From Blasia pusilla (taxonomy: Eukaryota): a DNA stretch of 64,000 bases. The notes below the pieces were generated by a model. That model saw nothing but the letters and a program-made list of their open reading frames with translations, had not been told where the DNA came from and made no database searches. This document shows, piece by piece, positions 39,371 to 57,876 of this stretch. The position numbers and the translations under genes are program-made. The DNA lies in the NCBI GenBank assembly GCA_050084515.1, contig CM114271.1, positions 44,144,001 through 44,208,000 of the forward strand, written 5' to 3'. Position 1 is the stretch's first letter. Each line of letters starts with the position of its first letter.

Positions 39371-40445
39371 ATTACTTTATCGTTTAACAACTTCCATGAA
39401 ATTATCCCATGTAATCTTGTTTTCATGTGGGATTCCCTCAATGATTGATTTTATGGTTTTGCCAAATTCATGTTCTTCTCAAAGGGCCTTGATTGCAGCC
39501 ACCTGAGATTTTGCTCTTTTATATTTTAGGATTGGAGGTCAGAATCTTGAAGAGGCCATATCTTTGTGGTGGAGTGTCATATCAAGTTGAAATTTGTAGG
39601 AACGTGGAGGTTAAGGAGGTGCCCTTATCCTAAAAAATTCAAGAAAAACCAAGTTACAAAGAAGAAGTTGTGTGCTATTTGAGTATCTACTCTTTTACAT
39701 TTGAGGATTGGAGGTCAGAATCTGACAGATTCTGAACATCTAGAATGTATTGAATTCCATTTCATGATGATTACTCAAGATGACATTTTGAATCTCGTAC
39801 AAGTCGTCTTACATGAATTGGAAGGGCTTTAATAAGAAATCAAGGTATAAACTTTGCCATTGAATCTTGCACACATTCGTATCAGAGAGTTAAAGGCAAC
39901 GCAAGAGGTCTTCAAGAATGTGATGAGAGATAGTTCTATTATGATGATACATCTTTCCAAATATGTTGCGGATGTTAAAGAGAAGGCATCATTGTTGGAT
40001 TCTCAACATCCACTTCTCTGAGCACCATTAATCTGATTGGCCCCCTCTTGTATGAGGAGAAGCCTAGATTGATGGTTCCGACTTAGATGTCGAAGGAGTC
40101 ATAGTAATATGACGTAGGTGGTTTCACGAGTAGCGTTACTAGGATTATCTAACCCTATATTGCATTAGGGTGCGGGGCACCCCGGAATTTTTTTTTATTA
40201 ATAGAAATAAAGAAAAATAGATAAAACCCTAGTTTCCCGAGTAGTGAAATAGTCAAAAGCCGCAGCGGTAGCGCATTCTCGTATGTCGAGTTATCTCCAT
40301 GTTCAGGTTCCATCGAAGCTCTTCTGTGAGCGCACGGACGGACTAGGCCACTTTGCATCTCTAATTTTTGTAAAGATTTCAGTGATTTCGTCACTTTCTG
40401 TTTTTCTCACAATCATCATTCGCAACAACTCCTAAAAGTTTAGGA

Positions 40446-40870
40446 TTGCATGAAGTTGTTGAAACTTTGGAAGTGAAAATGAAATCATATGCTGAAGCCA
40501 CAAAGGTTGCTTATATATCTTTCTTCCAAGAGCAAGAGGTATCGAAGGAAAACCAACTTGCACATTGGAAGAACATAAGAATCTCAGGATTATTAGTAAC
40601 TGAAAAGGAAGAAGGAAAGAGTCTTGTCAGCAAATTCTTGGTTGATACACTTCACATTCACAAACCGAACTTGGCTCAAGATTTTTGCATGGAAAAAAAG
40701 GGAATAAAAACTTGTGCTATTATTGTTAAGTTTGTTGATTGTTGATCAAAATCAACGTGCCATCACTATGGCTAACAAGGCCAATCTCAAAGGAAGAAGG
40801 ATATGGTCGAATCCAGTTCTTACACCTCTATAAGTTAAAGCTAGGTGGAAGGAGCTTACTAAGGTCAATG
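40446..40870 (+). pseudogene. LINE ORF1-like fragment
   Basis: KSYAEA, NIRISGL, IIVKF, LKGRRIW..LTPL resemble the coiled-coil/RRM ORF1 pattern; contains stops. Confidence 0.55.
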
Positions 40871-40889
40871 TCATATTTTTTAGGATGGA

Positions 40890-41292
40890 TCAATGAGTAG
40901 ATAGTAGAGCACCATAGATGATATTGGAGGATAGCCTCACGATATTGAGGATGAACTATTGAGGCCACGTATAACCTGAGATAGTAGGTTTCTCCTTCAT
41001 TTTGGCTTGTTTGAACCTATATAGAAAAACTTATTGTTTCAAGAAGTCATTATTATTATGAGTAGAGTTGAATTTCTACTTTCAAAAGTGGCTCTTGACC
41101 TCCTACTATAGATCAAGAGCCAAGGAGGTGACCTACGAGCATAGGTTACCATGGAAAGAGCTTGGAAGAGGGAAGGGAATATACCCAAGGAAAGAGAGCT
41201 TTGGAGCTCATTCTCTCTTTTTGAACCTCTTGGAATGAGGCAACTAAACTATGGTCCTTCTTGCCTTGTGAGTAACCCAAGCCTCTCATTAG

Positions 41293-41296
<4 letters not shown>
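40890..41296 (+). repeat. Partial A-type terminal repeat of the Gypsy family
   Basis: Aligns with about 4060-4440 (cctgagatagtaggttt, ttgacctccta, caagagccaaggaggtgac, gtaacccaagcctctcattagga). Confidence 0.8.
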
Positions 41297-46969
<5,673 letters not shown>

Positions 46970-46989
46970 GTACGCACATTGGTTGTGGG

Positions 46990-47830
46990 CCAGATGGTTC
47001 TGCTGGGGGACGAGAAGTTGAATTTTCCTGTGGGGGTGGTAGATATGTCTGTGGAGGAGGTAGAGGTCCGTCACCTAGACAAGTCAAGGGAGACTCAAGA
47101 CGTGAGGCTAGGATTGCTACTCAGATAGAGCAGTTGCAACAATTGATTGTCGTGATAGCATTAAGATTACCCGATGCCAAATCATTGGCATCTATATCAA
47201 ATGGAGAAACCACATATATTGAGGATCCTGGTTGGATATACAAGGCTCTAAAAATGAAGGAAGTCGTTATTGTTGAGCGTGGAGCAGGCAAAAAGTTGGA
47301 TCTACAGAATGGGGAAGTCAAGAAATACACCAAGCTTCCTCAGTATTTTAGTTTTTGTGAGTCGACAAAGGATCCCATTGATGCATCTTTATTAGAGTTC
47401 AAGATGTATGGTTTTCAGCTTCCAATGTTGGGAGGTATGTTTTCCGGCTAGTCGCTATGCTATGTGGGCGTAGAGGTGGTGTTACTCCCTCACGTTTAGA
47501 GGTGCTTGTAAAGGAGGCGATGGACCTATCGTTGGAGCCTATGATTGGGTTTCCCACCTCAAATTCATGGCACCTTGCGGATGCTAGGATGGCGGAGATA
47601 CTCGCTAGATTGACCTACCATAGATCAAGCGTGCTATGGTTTCTCTTGGTGTTTGTTTATTCGATAACTAGGGAGAGGTGTTCCATTTAGTGAGTCCAAG
47701 AGGTAGAGTGGTTTTTCCGCAATGCTCTTGTTCGATTCAGGAGTGCATACAATCCCTAATGTTGGGGATGGCAACGTTTACAAGATTAGGCCTGACGAGG
47801 GCTATTATGGAGTGTTGCTATGCAAGATAC
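46990..47830 (+). pseudogene. Diverged gag/protease remnant of the Gypsy-DNMT family
   Basis: [39 protein letters not shown] correspond to parts of 52200-53150. Confidence 0.65.
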
Positions 47831-49374
47831 ATACATCCTTCGATGGATCGATGTTGTATAATAAAATCACCCACTATGTAAACTCCTCTCTTAATAAGTG
47901 TTAGAGAGAGTTTTATTAATATTAAGTAAATTAGCTTAGGAAAATAAAAATTCCATATTTAAACCTCTTTAGGATGGCTTATTTGTATGGGCCCAACTTT
48001 AAGAAAAGAGATAATAAGTAAAAGATGGGAGTAAAAAAGTAAAATAATGGGATTAGTGTATTAATGAAACAAAAGCAAAAGTAGTCTTGGTGGGTAGCTA
48101 GGATAGTTAGGGTAGTTTGGAGGATATGAAATGAGTTGATGAGGATATTTTGGAGGAGATAACATGTAACCTACTTATATCAAATGGAGATTGGCTAAGC
48201 CTTGAGAGGAAGCCATGTGGCACAAGATAACATTAGCCCCAGTTTGTACTCTTGAGGATCCCTTGTGAATACATAAAGAGATGGGAACTTCAAGAGTTCA
48301 TCACCTTCTACTTCATTTCTTGAGTTCTCGTGTCAATCTTGAGTGGATGACATTGGACTTGCTTGCTATTCCAGTGAGAATGGATTATCCCTCTTGAGAG
48401 AGTAATTTGATCATGGTCTATTCTTTGAGAGGTTTCTAGAGTGTGGTATGTGAGGAAATGAGAGACTTGTCATCTTCGGGAAATTTAGTCATACTAGAGA
48501 TAATGGATGGTTTTGGCTTGTTATTTTTCTATTGAGTGTGGATTATCCCTCTTGGGAGAGAAACTCCGCCAAAACCCATTCCTAAGGAGAGTAGAGGATG
48601 TCTGTCAAGTATGGATAGGGAAGGAACATGAGTTATACCTGATTTTCCTTTCCTTAACCCGTACCACGTGAAGATTCTCTTTACAGATAGGCACTAGTGT
48701 ACTCGCTATCTAGTTTACCACTTTAGGGAGGCATTCATGAACCATGTCATGCAAAGGGAGGACATGGGATTGTACATTGTATGTTCTTATATAGCAACTC
48801 ATCGATATTAACAGACCTGTTTGAATAGGATTTAACACTAGCTGTGATATTTTTCTTGTGTACAAGCGTAAACTAGTATACAGAGACTTCATGGTTAGGA
48901 ATTTTGGGGTTTGATGTTGTGAAGAAGTGATCGCCTCGACACTACTATTCATGATTCTTGTCGTGAAATAATGGTGGGTTTATATAATAATTTTGTACTG
49001 AGAAAAGATAACTTCATATAGAGTTCATCTTGCATCAACCATGTCCGCCGTAGCTAGAAGGTCCGCCTTTACTCGAAGAAAAGCTCTCAGCACAACAACG
49101 TGTCACAATTGAGTAGCCGATAGGCCGAGATCTATCGTGGATAGGGCGTATGAGCTAGTGGACTATCTTGAGTGTAACTTTTTTCCAAGGTGTCGGATGA
49201 GATTGAGGATAGGTCCATTGTGTCAGGAATGTTTTTTCTGATAATTTTCATGTTGAGGTCTTTTACATCCGGGTGACTTGTTGACAAAGTCACCCGCCCC
49301 TGATAACCTGTGTGCGTAGGTTACCAAAGGGAGGGCTATTTTTAGGGGAAGACCCTTTTGGCTCTTCCCAACCC

Positions 49375-49594
49375 TATATAAGAGAGGAAGGTGGCTTTCC
49401 TAAGCCATCTTTCTCATGTTAGGCCGTTGGAGCACCTCTCTTCTATGTGTGTGAGATAAGACTAGAGTGCTAGCGTCCGGATTCCTTGATAGCACAAGGT
49501 GGACGAGGCTGGATATGCCGATGTAGATTGAGGATTGGGGTTTTAGGCCGGGTGTGTCGTTTTTACTACTCTTTATTTTTACATGAGAAAGATG
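49375..49594 (+). promoter_or_regulatory. TATA box, predicted TSS and self-complementary primer-binding site
   Basis: TATATAA at 49375-49381; catctttctcatgt at 49406-49419 is the exact 14-nt reverse complement of acatgagaaagatg at 49581-49594, immediately after A1. Confidence 0.7.
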
Positions 49595-51409
49595 TCATGG
49601 GGCTAGTGGGAATTTTTTGTGTGCAGGTAGGCAAGCGAGTTGCCTTGGTCGAGAGCCCCTGGAGACGTGTGTGTTGTAGGTGTTGGTTATTTTTCTGTTC
49701 GGAAGACCGTGGGCGGAAGCGCTGTCCAATTTTCTCAGATTTTGCTGGTGCGGATTGATGGGGGACAACAACCGAGTGAAGTGTATGGTGGGGCGTTGGG
49801 TGTACGCGAGTGAGGGATGTCGTGAGAGAGAAGAAAAGAGCAGGTTTGAGTCTTGTAGCCGCCGGGGGGCTATCAAGTAAAAGCGGCTAGCTAGGGGTCT
49901 AGAACTAGGGTTAGGGCGTGTAAAGCGGGCAGAGTCATTGGGGCCGCGAGAGTTGTGTCACCGGAGTCACAAGGACCGGGAGTAAGAGCCGAGAGCCTGA
50001 ACCCGCGCGTCAAGAAGCGCCGTGCGAGGAGGTTGGACGGCCGGAAGGGAAGAGAGAGGGACGGGCCGCGTGCCCATACAGGATCGCGGCTCCATAGGGA
50101 GCCGCGTAGGTGTAGTTAAGGGGTTAGAAGAGAGTCGAGGCTACATAGGGCAGCATGCAGCCTGCTAAGCTGGGAGATCCAGGGATGGGAGTGCAGAGCT
50201 GGCGCGTACCACGTAGGTTCGTCTAGGGCTCTAGGGAGCCACGTGAGCTCCTAGGGTCGCGTAAGAAAGAGGAGCCCTACATAGGGCAACGTGTCGGCAG
50301 AAGGGAGAAGCAGGGCCACTGCCCCATAGGGTTGCGTGCCCTCAACGGGCCACATAGTCCCAAGGCCCCGTCAATGGCTAAGGCCGCGTCAAGCAGGGGA
50401 ATTAGTCGGAAGGAGCTGAAGAAGTAGCAAGATTCCAAAGGGAGCCGTGCCAAGGAAGAGACGGAAGAGGGCATGTGAAGAGCCCATGAGCGGGAGTTAA
50501 AGCGTCCATAGGGACGCATGTGGGTAGTGCGTACACGTGGAGACTAGGTAAAGCAAGGACGTTGGCCGTGATAGAAGTAGAGACGTGGTATAGAGCTACG
50601 TGGTGAGACCAGATGGGTTGGGTCCGTTCGCGAGCTAGTGTGGTGGGATTCACGATGAGCGTGGCTAGAACTTTGTTGACTGGGGGCGAGACAAGTGATC
50701 CGCACCGATGGTTTGCGATGGAGTGTTAGTATGTTGATGCCAATGGGTAGTCTGCATCCAGTGATGGGAGAGTTGATGTGTGTTCGAGGAGAGTATCGTG
50801 CTACGGAGATTGCTGCATCACATGGAGGAGTGCATGTTGACGGTATGTAGGTTGGTGGGCATGATCAGGTTACCCATTCAGTCCCTTTTCCCGCACTTGT
50901 TGTGTGTGATTGAGAGTGGTGGGTATCGGGTAGTAGCTGGTGCTAGGTGGGTGCAGTGATGGTGACGAGTGTAGATTCTATTCATGTGTAGCATGTTGGT
51001 GGATATACCGCGGTTTCCGAGTAGGGGTCGCGTGTATGACCCGAGAGAGTGTCGCTAGGTTAGGTGAGTCAGTTGGGGGGCTCATGGTGAGCCCGAGTGT
51101 TGAGTGTGCGTGAGGCCAGGTATGTCATCACGGGATTGATGTTAGCATAGGTGAGTTAGTGAGGAGTGTGGGAGACTCTCGGTGAGTCTGAGTGCTTGCG
51201 CGGGTGAGACATGGTTTGTCATCACGGCGTTCTTCCAGAGTTCGGAAGAACGGAGTAGTCACGAGCAGTAGTAGTGGTGTGACACGGAGTGAAGTGAGAT
51301 ACCGAGGGGTTGCCAATGAGGAGCTACCTCGACATCCATCCGTAGCTGGATCGTCATCACTAGACATTGGGTCTGGTGACGAGATTGCAGACAGAGATAG
51401 TAGTACTAA

Positions 51410-54400
51410 ACAGGAGATGGACAACATGGGCCATCGGTGCATGCGTCGTTTCTTGGATGCAGTGGGCATCATTGACTTAGATGATTTTATCCAGGAGTTC
51501 TTCCGATAGTTGGGGAAGAGTTACCAGGGCGTACGCACCGACAAGCTGAAGAGTCTACAGGATTTTCAGCGACAATCGGGTGAGAGTCTGAGAGAGGCAT
51601 TCACACGCATGAGGAGGCTGATCATTGCTACGTATGGAATGACTGAGGCGCAGTCAGTCCAATATTGGTACGGAGTTCTAGACCGAGAACTACGGAGGAG
51701 AGTCCGAGATGCGGTGCTGATTCACACTAGCGAAGCTCACATTGAAGGTGGTCTTTGAGTTGTCTGAGCGTATTGAGCTCAACATGAGTGAGGAGCAGGT
51801 AGTGACCGCTAGATTTTCTTGAGAGTGGACGGGTCCACGAGCGACGGTGACCCCACAGGTGCCACAACGAGCACGAGTACCATGGGAGTAGGCCAGTGTG
51901 CCTAGAGAGCAGGGAGGGTACCGTGAGCCTATGAGGCAATGACCCGTACCTACATATGTTGCCCAGTAGGGACCGATGTGGTCTTGTTGGCCGTGTGGAG
52001 GGGCCCATAGGCAGAGAGACTGCCCACAATATGGGAGAGGACCACCAACGCCTCCGATTGCTCAGGAGCCACAGAGGATGGCTCCACCACAGCACCAGTG
52101 TGACTATTGCCACAAATATGGTCACACTAGGGATAGATGTTTTGACCTTCGCCGAGGGGCACGTCCAGAGGTAGGCCGAGGGCCTGGGGGCGGTCGTCCT
52201 GGAGGAGGTCGGGGAGTCCTTCTTGAACGTGGTGGTAGAGGACCACCACCATCCAGAGGAGATGGAGTAGGAGCACCAGAGCCGCCACTTCTCTCATGCA
52301 TTGATCAGTTGGAGCAGAGGATTGCTGCCATGACGATGATGCAGCTTAGGGAAGGCACGAAGCTGCGAGCAGCTAGTGTGACTCCAACTTCTACCTCTTA
52401 CCCTGACCCGGGTGAGGATCTCGCCGGTATGGGGTTTATGTGTAGTGCAGCCCAGGTTGAGGCAGCTGCAGCGGTGACTCGGGCTGCTGCGAGAGGCACG
52501 GAGCCATCGAGAGGTGGAGTTGAGATTGACCCACCAAAGGGGACTGATGGGCGGCAGGCCAGAGTTCCACAGTCATTCACATTGTCGGAGGCACTACACA
52601 CACCATCGATGGTGCCTCGACGACCAACGGTGCCTACAGCTCAGGCATCTACGTCGACGTCACGAGGAGTTGGAATGCCAACTCCTATACCGGCTCGAGT
52701 GGAGTCAATGTCGACCATAGTGTTGGAGGTGGCCACCAGAGTGAGTCAGACTCCACTATTTTCCGCCATAGAGTTGGTGACGTTGGGAGTTGGACCAACT
52801 GAGGTGTTCCCGCTGGCCGCTATGTTGTGTGAGCATGGAGAGGTGAGTGCTTCTTGTTCAGAGATAGTTGAGGAGGTGGTGGACTTGCCCTCAGAGCCGG
52901 TGCTCGGGACGTTCCCCACAGAGTCATGGCATGCCTCGGGGGTGAAGTTGGTAGATATGCCAGCTCGACCGGCCATAGAGCGAGTTGTGGTGACACCTGG
53001 AGTAGTGTTAGTGGATAACCAAGCTGGAGCATTTCGCTTGGTTAGTCCGACAGGGAGAGTATACCACCCCTAGCGCATCCTACTTGATTCGACAGCGCAA
53101 CCCTTGATGTTAGGGAAGGCGGCGTGTTTAGCATTGGGGTTACGGAAGGCCGACATTGAGCCTTGTCCCTTCTAGATATAGACCTTGATTGGGGGCGTGT
53201 CACCCACGCAGTATATGACTTGACAAGATATAGTTGTCAGAGTCCAGCCAGAGCATGAGACGGATAGTGCTATGGTGCGCACATGTGCAATTATGACACC
53301 AGCTGAGTCGTACAATATGTTGGTGGGGAGTACAGTGTTATATCCCCTAGGATTCATCCTGGACTTCTGGGAGGAGACCGTTGCTTATCGGCCAGGATGG
53401 CGGTCAGGTGACGGCCGGATGAGTCAGTTACCCGTGCAATTTGTGGGACGAGGTGATCGATCACGAGGCGAGTCTGTGACCATGTTGGCGGCTTTCACAG
53501 GTAGTGTTAGCGGGCTAGGAGAGTTGTTGGAGGGGAACATACATGCGGAGGATGTCCCAGTAGCAGATAGACAAGCCATGGCGGGTGTCTCTTCCCATGT
53601 TGGCGAGACCTCTTCACCATTGTGGGGTACAACTCGAGAGCTACAGAGGAGTGTCGACGACCTCGTGAGGCAGGCGTGGAGTCATGCTTTTATCCCAGAG
53701 CAGCAAGAGTCACGTGGCGATCAGGCTCTTGGAGTGGAGACATTGACCCCACTGGATACCACACCCGTTGTGTGGCAGTGCCCAGAGGAGGGTGTTAGGG
53801 TGTTAGATCTCTTCGGAGGGATTAGCACCGGATTGGCTGCAGTATTGCAGGCGGGCATACGGGTGCATCAGTTCCTTCATGTGGAGAGATATGAGACCGC
53901 ACGGCGAGTATCATTACGTCACGTGGCGAGATTGGTCCAGAGGTATCGTGAGTTGTTGCCGATATCTGCAATACGGGGATATCACCATACACTACCCGCC
54001 GACATCTCTTTGGTGGGGGCGCAGGATCTGGATAGAGTTGGCACCATCCATTTGGTGATTGCCGGATGGCCATGTCAGGGTCATTCATCAGCTGGCCGAG
54101 GAGTATGATTGCAAGATCCAAGGTCAGGGATGTTTTGGGAGATGCTGCGAGTAGTACGACACTTGCAAGAGAGTCAGACATGTTCTCCAACGTACATCTT
54201 GGAGAACGTGCCATTGTTGGGAGACACTCGTGCACGTGTGATGATGAGTGTGTATCATGTGAGGTCCTGGTTGGGACATGGTGTGTTATTAGATGCGGCG
54301 CGAGTTGGATCACGTGCCCATCGTCCACGACTGTGATGGATGAACCTGATACCATCAGAGGTACTGAGTCGAGCATATGATGGAGTCCAGAGAGCACCAC

Positions 54401-54930
54401 ATCTCATAGTGGATGCTATTTTGGTCTTAGGGCGTTGATCTCAGGTGGTGACACAGGATGATAGACCACCGTTGGCCATTGCCAATCAGGTGGGGGAGTT
54501 GAGGGCAGCCTTACCTACGTTGGTGAGCTTCCCAACATCCCATGCCTTTTGTCAGGGAGGGCCGGGCATGATTTGGGATGAGGTGACCCGAGCATTGGAG
54601 GAGCCTACAGCAGATGAGCGCGAGAGCGCCATGGGGTTCGCTACCGGTACTACTGCGGTGCCAGGGATGACTGAGGCATCTCGGAGACAGGTGTTGGGGC
54701 ATGCGATGGACCTCAACTGTCTCACATGGATAGTCAGCCTAGATATGGCTGAGCAGAGACGGATGCGAGTGTCATCCATGCCATCACGTCCACGAGTTGG
54801 ACCATTGCCTATAGGGTCTGTACATGCATTGGCTGGGGGCAAGACGAGGAGAGATAGGCACCCATGGACTTCCTGGGACGTCGTTCGAGCAGAGAATGCA
54901 AAGGCGGCTAGAGTAGCACATGTTGTGTGA
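51410..54930 (+). pseudogene. gag - aspartic protease - DNMT3-like C5 cytosine methyltransferase polyprotein with premature stops
   Basis: ORFs starting at 51976, 53272, 54109 and 54445 share one frame. Knuckles CWPCGGAHRQRDC and CDYCHKYGHTRDRC; ILLDSTAQP; VLDLFGGIS (I), HVE (II), GWPCQG (IV), ILENV (VI), AHRPRL (VIII), ERESAMGF (IX), RRQVLGHAMD (X). Confidence 0.92.
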
Positions 54931-55039
54931 TCTCCATGTATATGTATGAGTTGATTTTTGTACATGTGTGGATTGACTCATGTGTGGGGAAGATCGGTGT
55001 TGTGTGGTAGATATGTATGCGCATGACAAGCGAGTACAA

Positions 55040-56153
55040 CGTAATTCATCACCCAGCATAAGGTCATGGTAAGGATTTGACCATATATCATTAGATGAGT
55101 TTGTGGTTCAAGCCAAGGCAACAATGACCAATATGAAGTCTTATGGCGTCTTGGTTGGAGGAGTCATGTTGCACCAAATGTGGAAGCCCCTCGATTATTG
55201 GAAGGAATCAACGTCCTACATACCAAGATGGTAGTGAGATGATGGGCAACTAAGCTCTTTATCTGTTTGATTCATGAGTGGAGTGGTCGAGTGACGAATA
55301 GGAGAGATAGCGACTCTAGCAGCATTCAACAGCATCATCACAAGGCTTGATGATTTGATTGAGGGGCATATCCATGGAGGGGACACACCCGTGCCTAACA
55401 CTTCTATGGAGAGGAGTGTTATGATAGCCGCATCATTTCATGGAGGAGAGGTGTCATTATGGGGCTCGAGTGAGGAGCTTCGACGTTTGGCTAATGAGCA
55501 TGTGCACATGGCATGGAGCGAGATATTTGCACCAAAGCGTGAGAGATTAGAGGAACCAAGAGTGCTATGATGTCGCCTTTGGATACCACATACATTGTGT
55601 GTCGCATCCTAGAGGAGGGTATTCAAGTGTTGGATCTCTTTGAAGGGATTAGCATAGGGTTGGTTGATATTTTGCAAGTAGCAATGCCTGTGTAACAATA
55701 TTTGTACGGAGAGCTTGATGAGGTTGTAAGATGCGTCTCAATTCGACATGTGGCTCAATCACACTTTTGTTTTCCCGACTTGTTTGTTTACATCGGCCTT
55801 ACAAGGGTACCAAAGTTCCCTATTGAGGGACATTTCTTTGTTTTGGGCGCAAGATTTGGACCAGGTAGGGACTATTGATTTTCTTATTGCTAGTTGGCCA
55901 TGTTAAGGCAAGTTGAGTGTTAGATGAGGTATCGGTTTAGCAGACACTCAGTACGTATAGGTTGTTTTGGGAGATGATTAGGATCTTGCGATCCTTGCAA
56001 GAACATCAATCTCGTTCTCTATCATACATTTTGGAGGATGTGCTCATCTTGGGCAATTCACGATCACAAGTCGTGACGACTACACATCAAGTGCATGCAT
56101 GGATCGGCCCTGTAGTGTTTTTGGATGCCGCAAGTGTATGTTCACACCAGTAG
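55040..56153 (+). pseudogene. Older degenerate copy of protease C-terminus and methyltransferase
   Basis: EEGIQVLDLFEGIS, DFLIASWPC, FWEMIRILRSLQE..YILEDV, FLDAASVCSH; homologous to about 53300-54320. Confidence 0.8.
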
Positions 56154-56399
56154 AAGGAATATGGTTCTTTAAGCAATAAGGCACTTACAACTAGAGTCCA
56201 ATAAGACTAAAATACAACTAATTGTAACTAAAGAGACTTATGTGCGCATGATATAGTATGACTTAGCTACTAGGAATGACTAGAGAATTTGACTTGGATT
56301 TTTTAATATAATTGGTTAAATGAATTTCTTATTAATTAGTGGCATATAATGTAGAATGACTAGATTAGTGCAAAATAACTAAGATGTGGCACTTATGGT

Positions 56400-56844
56400 A
56401 AATTAATTTTAATTAAATTTTAATCCATAATATGAGGTGTAAAAATAAGACTAGATTATAACTAGTAATAATTAAACAATTGCATCTACTTAGAACTATA
56501 GTTGCTATTCTATAACTACTACCAGGTTGGCAAATTAAGGACCTAATTAATTAGGCCACATCATCTTATTTGGACCTAATTACAATATTTGCGATGTCTG
56601 TGCTTTCCCACATTCTCTTAAGACATTTCCAGCGACCGCGGATAAGCTTTAGTTTGAATCTAGGTTTCTTGAGAAATCGCAAGGGAGAGCTCAGAGAGTG
56701 AGCTAAGTGTTTCATAGATTTTTCTCTTGCTCTCAACAAAGAGAGTCGGCCCGTATTGGATCAAAAAGAACTTCAAAAGGATACTCCTATGCTCGGACCA
56801 CACCTAGAACACACAACAATGTCTTCAAGTGAGAAATCTCTCTA

Positions 56845-56891
<47 letters not shown>

Positions 56892-57807
56892 CTTTTTGTT
56901 CGGGATTCCAACCGCTTTCCTCGTATTAATGAGCATCAAAGCAGAGCTTGTAGGGCGGGTGTGTTTGATTGTGCGACAAGCAGATGATCTGTGGTAGGAC
57001 TTCTCAATTTCAAGCCCTTATGAAGCATCTTCGATCTCCAGTAGTAGGGACCATGCAAGAACGGACAGTGTAGGAGCAATGCAAAAGCAGCCAAAGTGCA
57101 AAGAACGAGAAAGTGAGTGAGATTGCCGTTGATCGAACTGTGGGAGATGTAGGGATAGAGAGAAGCAATGGGAGAGAGAGTAGCGTGTAGTGGTGTAGGA
57201 ATGGTTTTTCTGTTGCGGGTTTCTAGGGATCCATTTGATTTTGGTCACGGTTCTTGGTTCTTGGTTATTGGAAAGAGCATAACAAGGCCCATGGGATGCT
57301 TCCCTCCTCTGAGAATGGTATCGCTTTGTAATAAAATGGAAGGAGGGACTGTATGATCTTGTGGGAGATAGAAGAGTGGGAGAGTGTAGGTACGTACAAA
57401 CTTGCGGCATTTTCTTCTAGAGTGTTGTATGGGTGATGGAGGCAAGGTTGCACGGAAACGGACAAGTCCATTCATGGGACATACATGTCCAAACATGACC
57501 ACGGACATGCAAAACCAGTCACGAGCCTCGGCTTTTTTTGGCACCTAGGTCCACCCCACGGGCTCCACCTACGGGAACAGGTGCAGACTCTGATGCAGGG
57601 TGTGGGCTAGGGCACGGGCCACGCACAAGAAATCAACGCGATGCGAGATAATGGCGCGTATCACGCGAGCTACCGCGCATGCTGAGGGCGGGCTCAAAGC
57701 GGGCCGTGCGGGTTGCAACCAGGCACCCACGCGGGCTAATGGTGAGCCTGGCGTGGGCTCACAATGAGCTTGCGGACTAGAGGCGGGCTTGCACAGGCTA
57801 AAGAGAG

Positions 57808-57876
<69 letters not shown>

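Larger units (their letters stand above)
49101..55028 (+). mobile_element. Gypsy-DNMT element, internally deleted (A1 - leader - gag - PR - DNMT - B); no RT/RH/IN
   Basis: Starts TGTCAC, ends GCGCATGACA; flanks aacg / agcg (4-bp TSD with one transition). A1 49101-49580 aligns to 24598-25078; about 54925-55028 aligns to B. Confidence 0.88.

Noticed and set aside
47900-49000. Possible solo LTR starting tgttagagag
   Set aside because: No second copy, PBS, PPT or TSD found in the window.
53790-54745. Retroelement methyltransferase as a captured copy of the neighbouring DRM gene
   Set aside because: Motif order is canonical I-X, whereas DRM is permuted (VI-X then I-V), and the sequences share little beyond the motifs.
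53790-54745. Bacterial restriction-modification methyltransferase or contamination
   Set aside because: The domain is in frame with gag and protease, present in several copies and enclosed by retroelement termini.
49101-55028. DIRS/Ngaro tyrosine-recombinase element because of the split repeats
   Set aside because: No tyrosine recombinase seen; the family shows an aspartic protease, a DDE integrase, TG...CA ends and TSDs.
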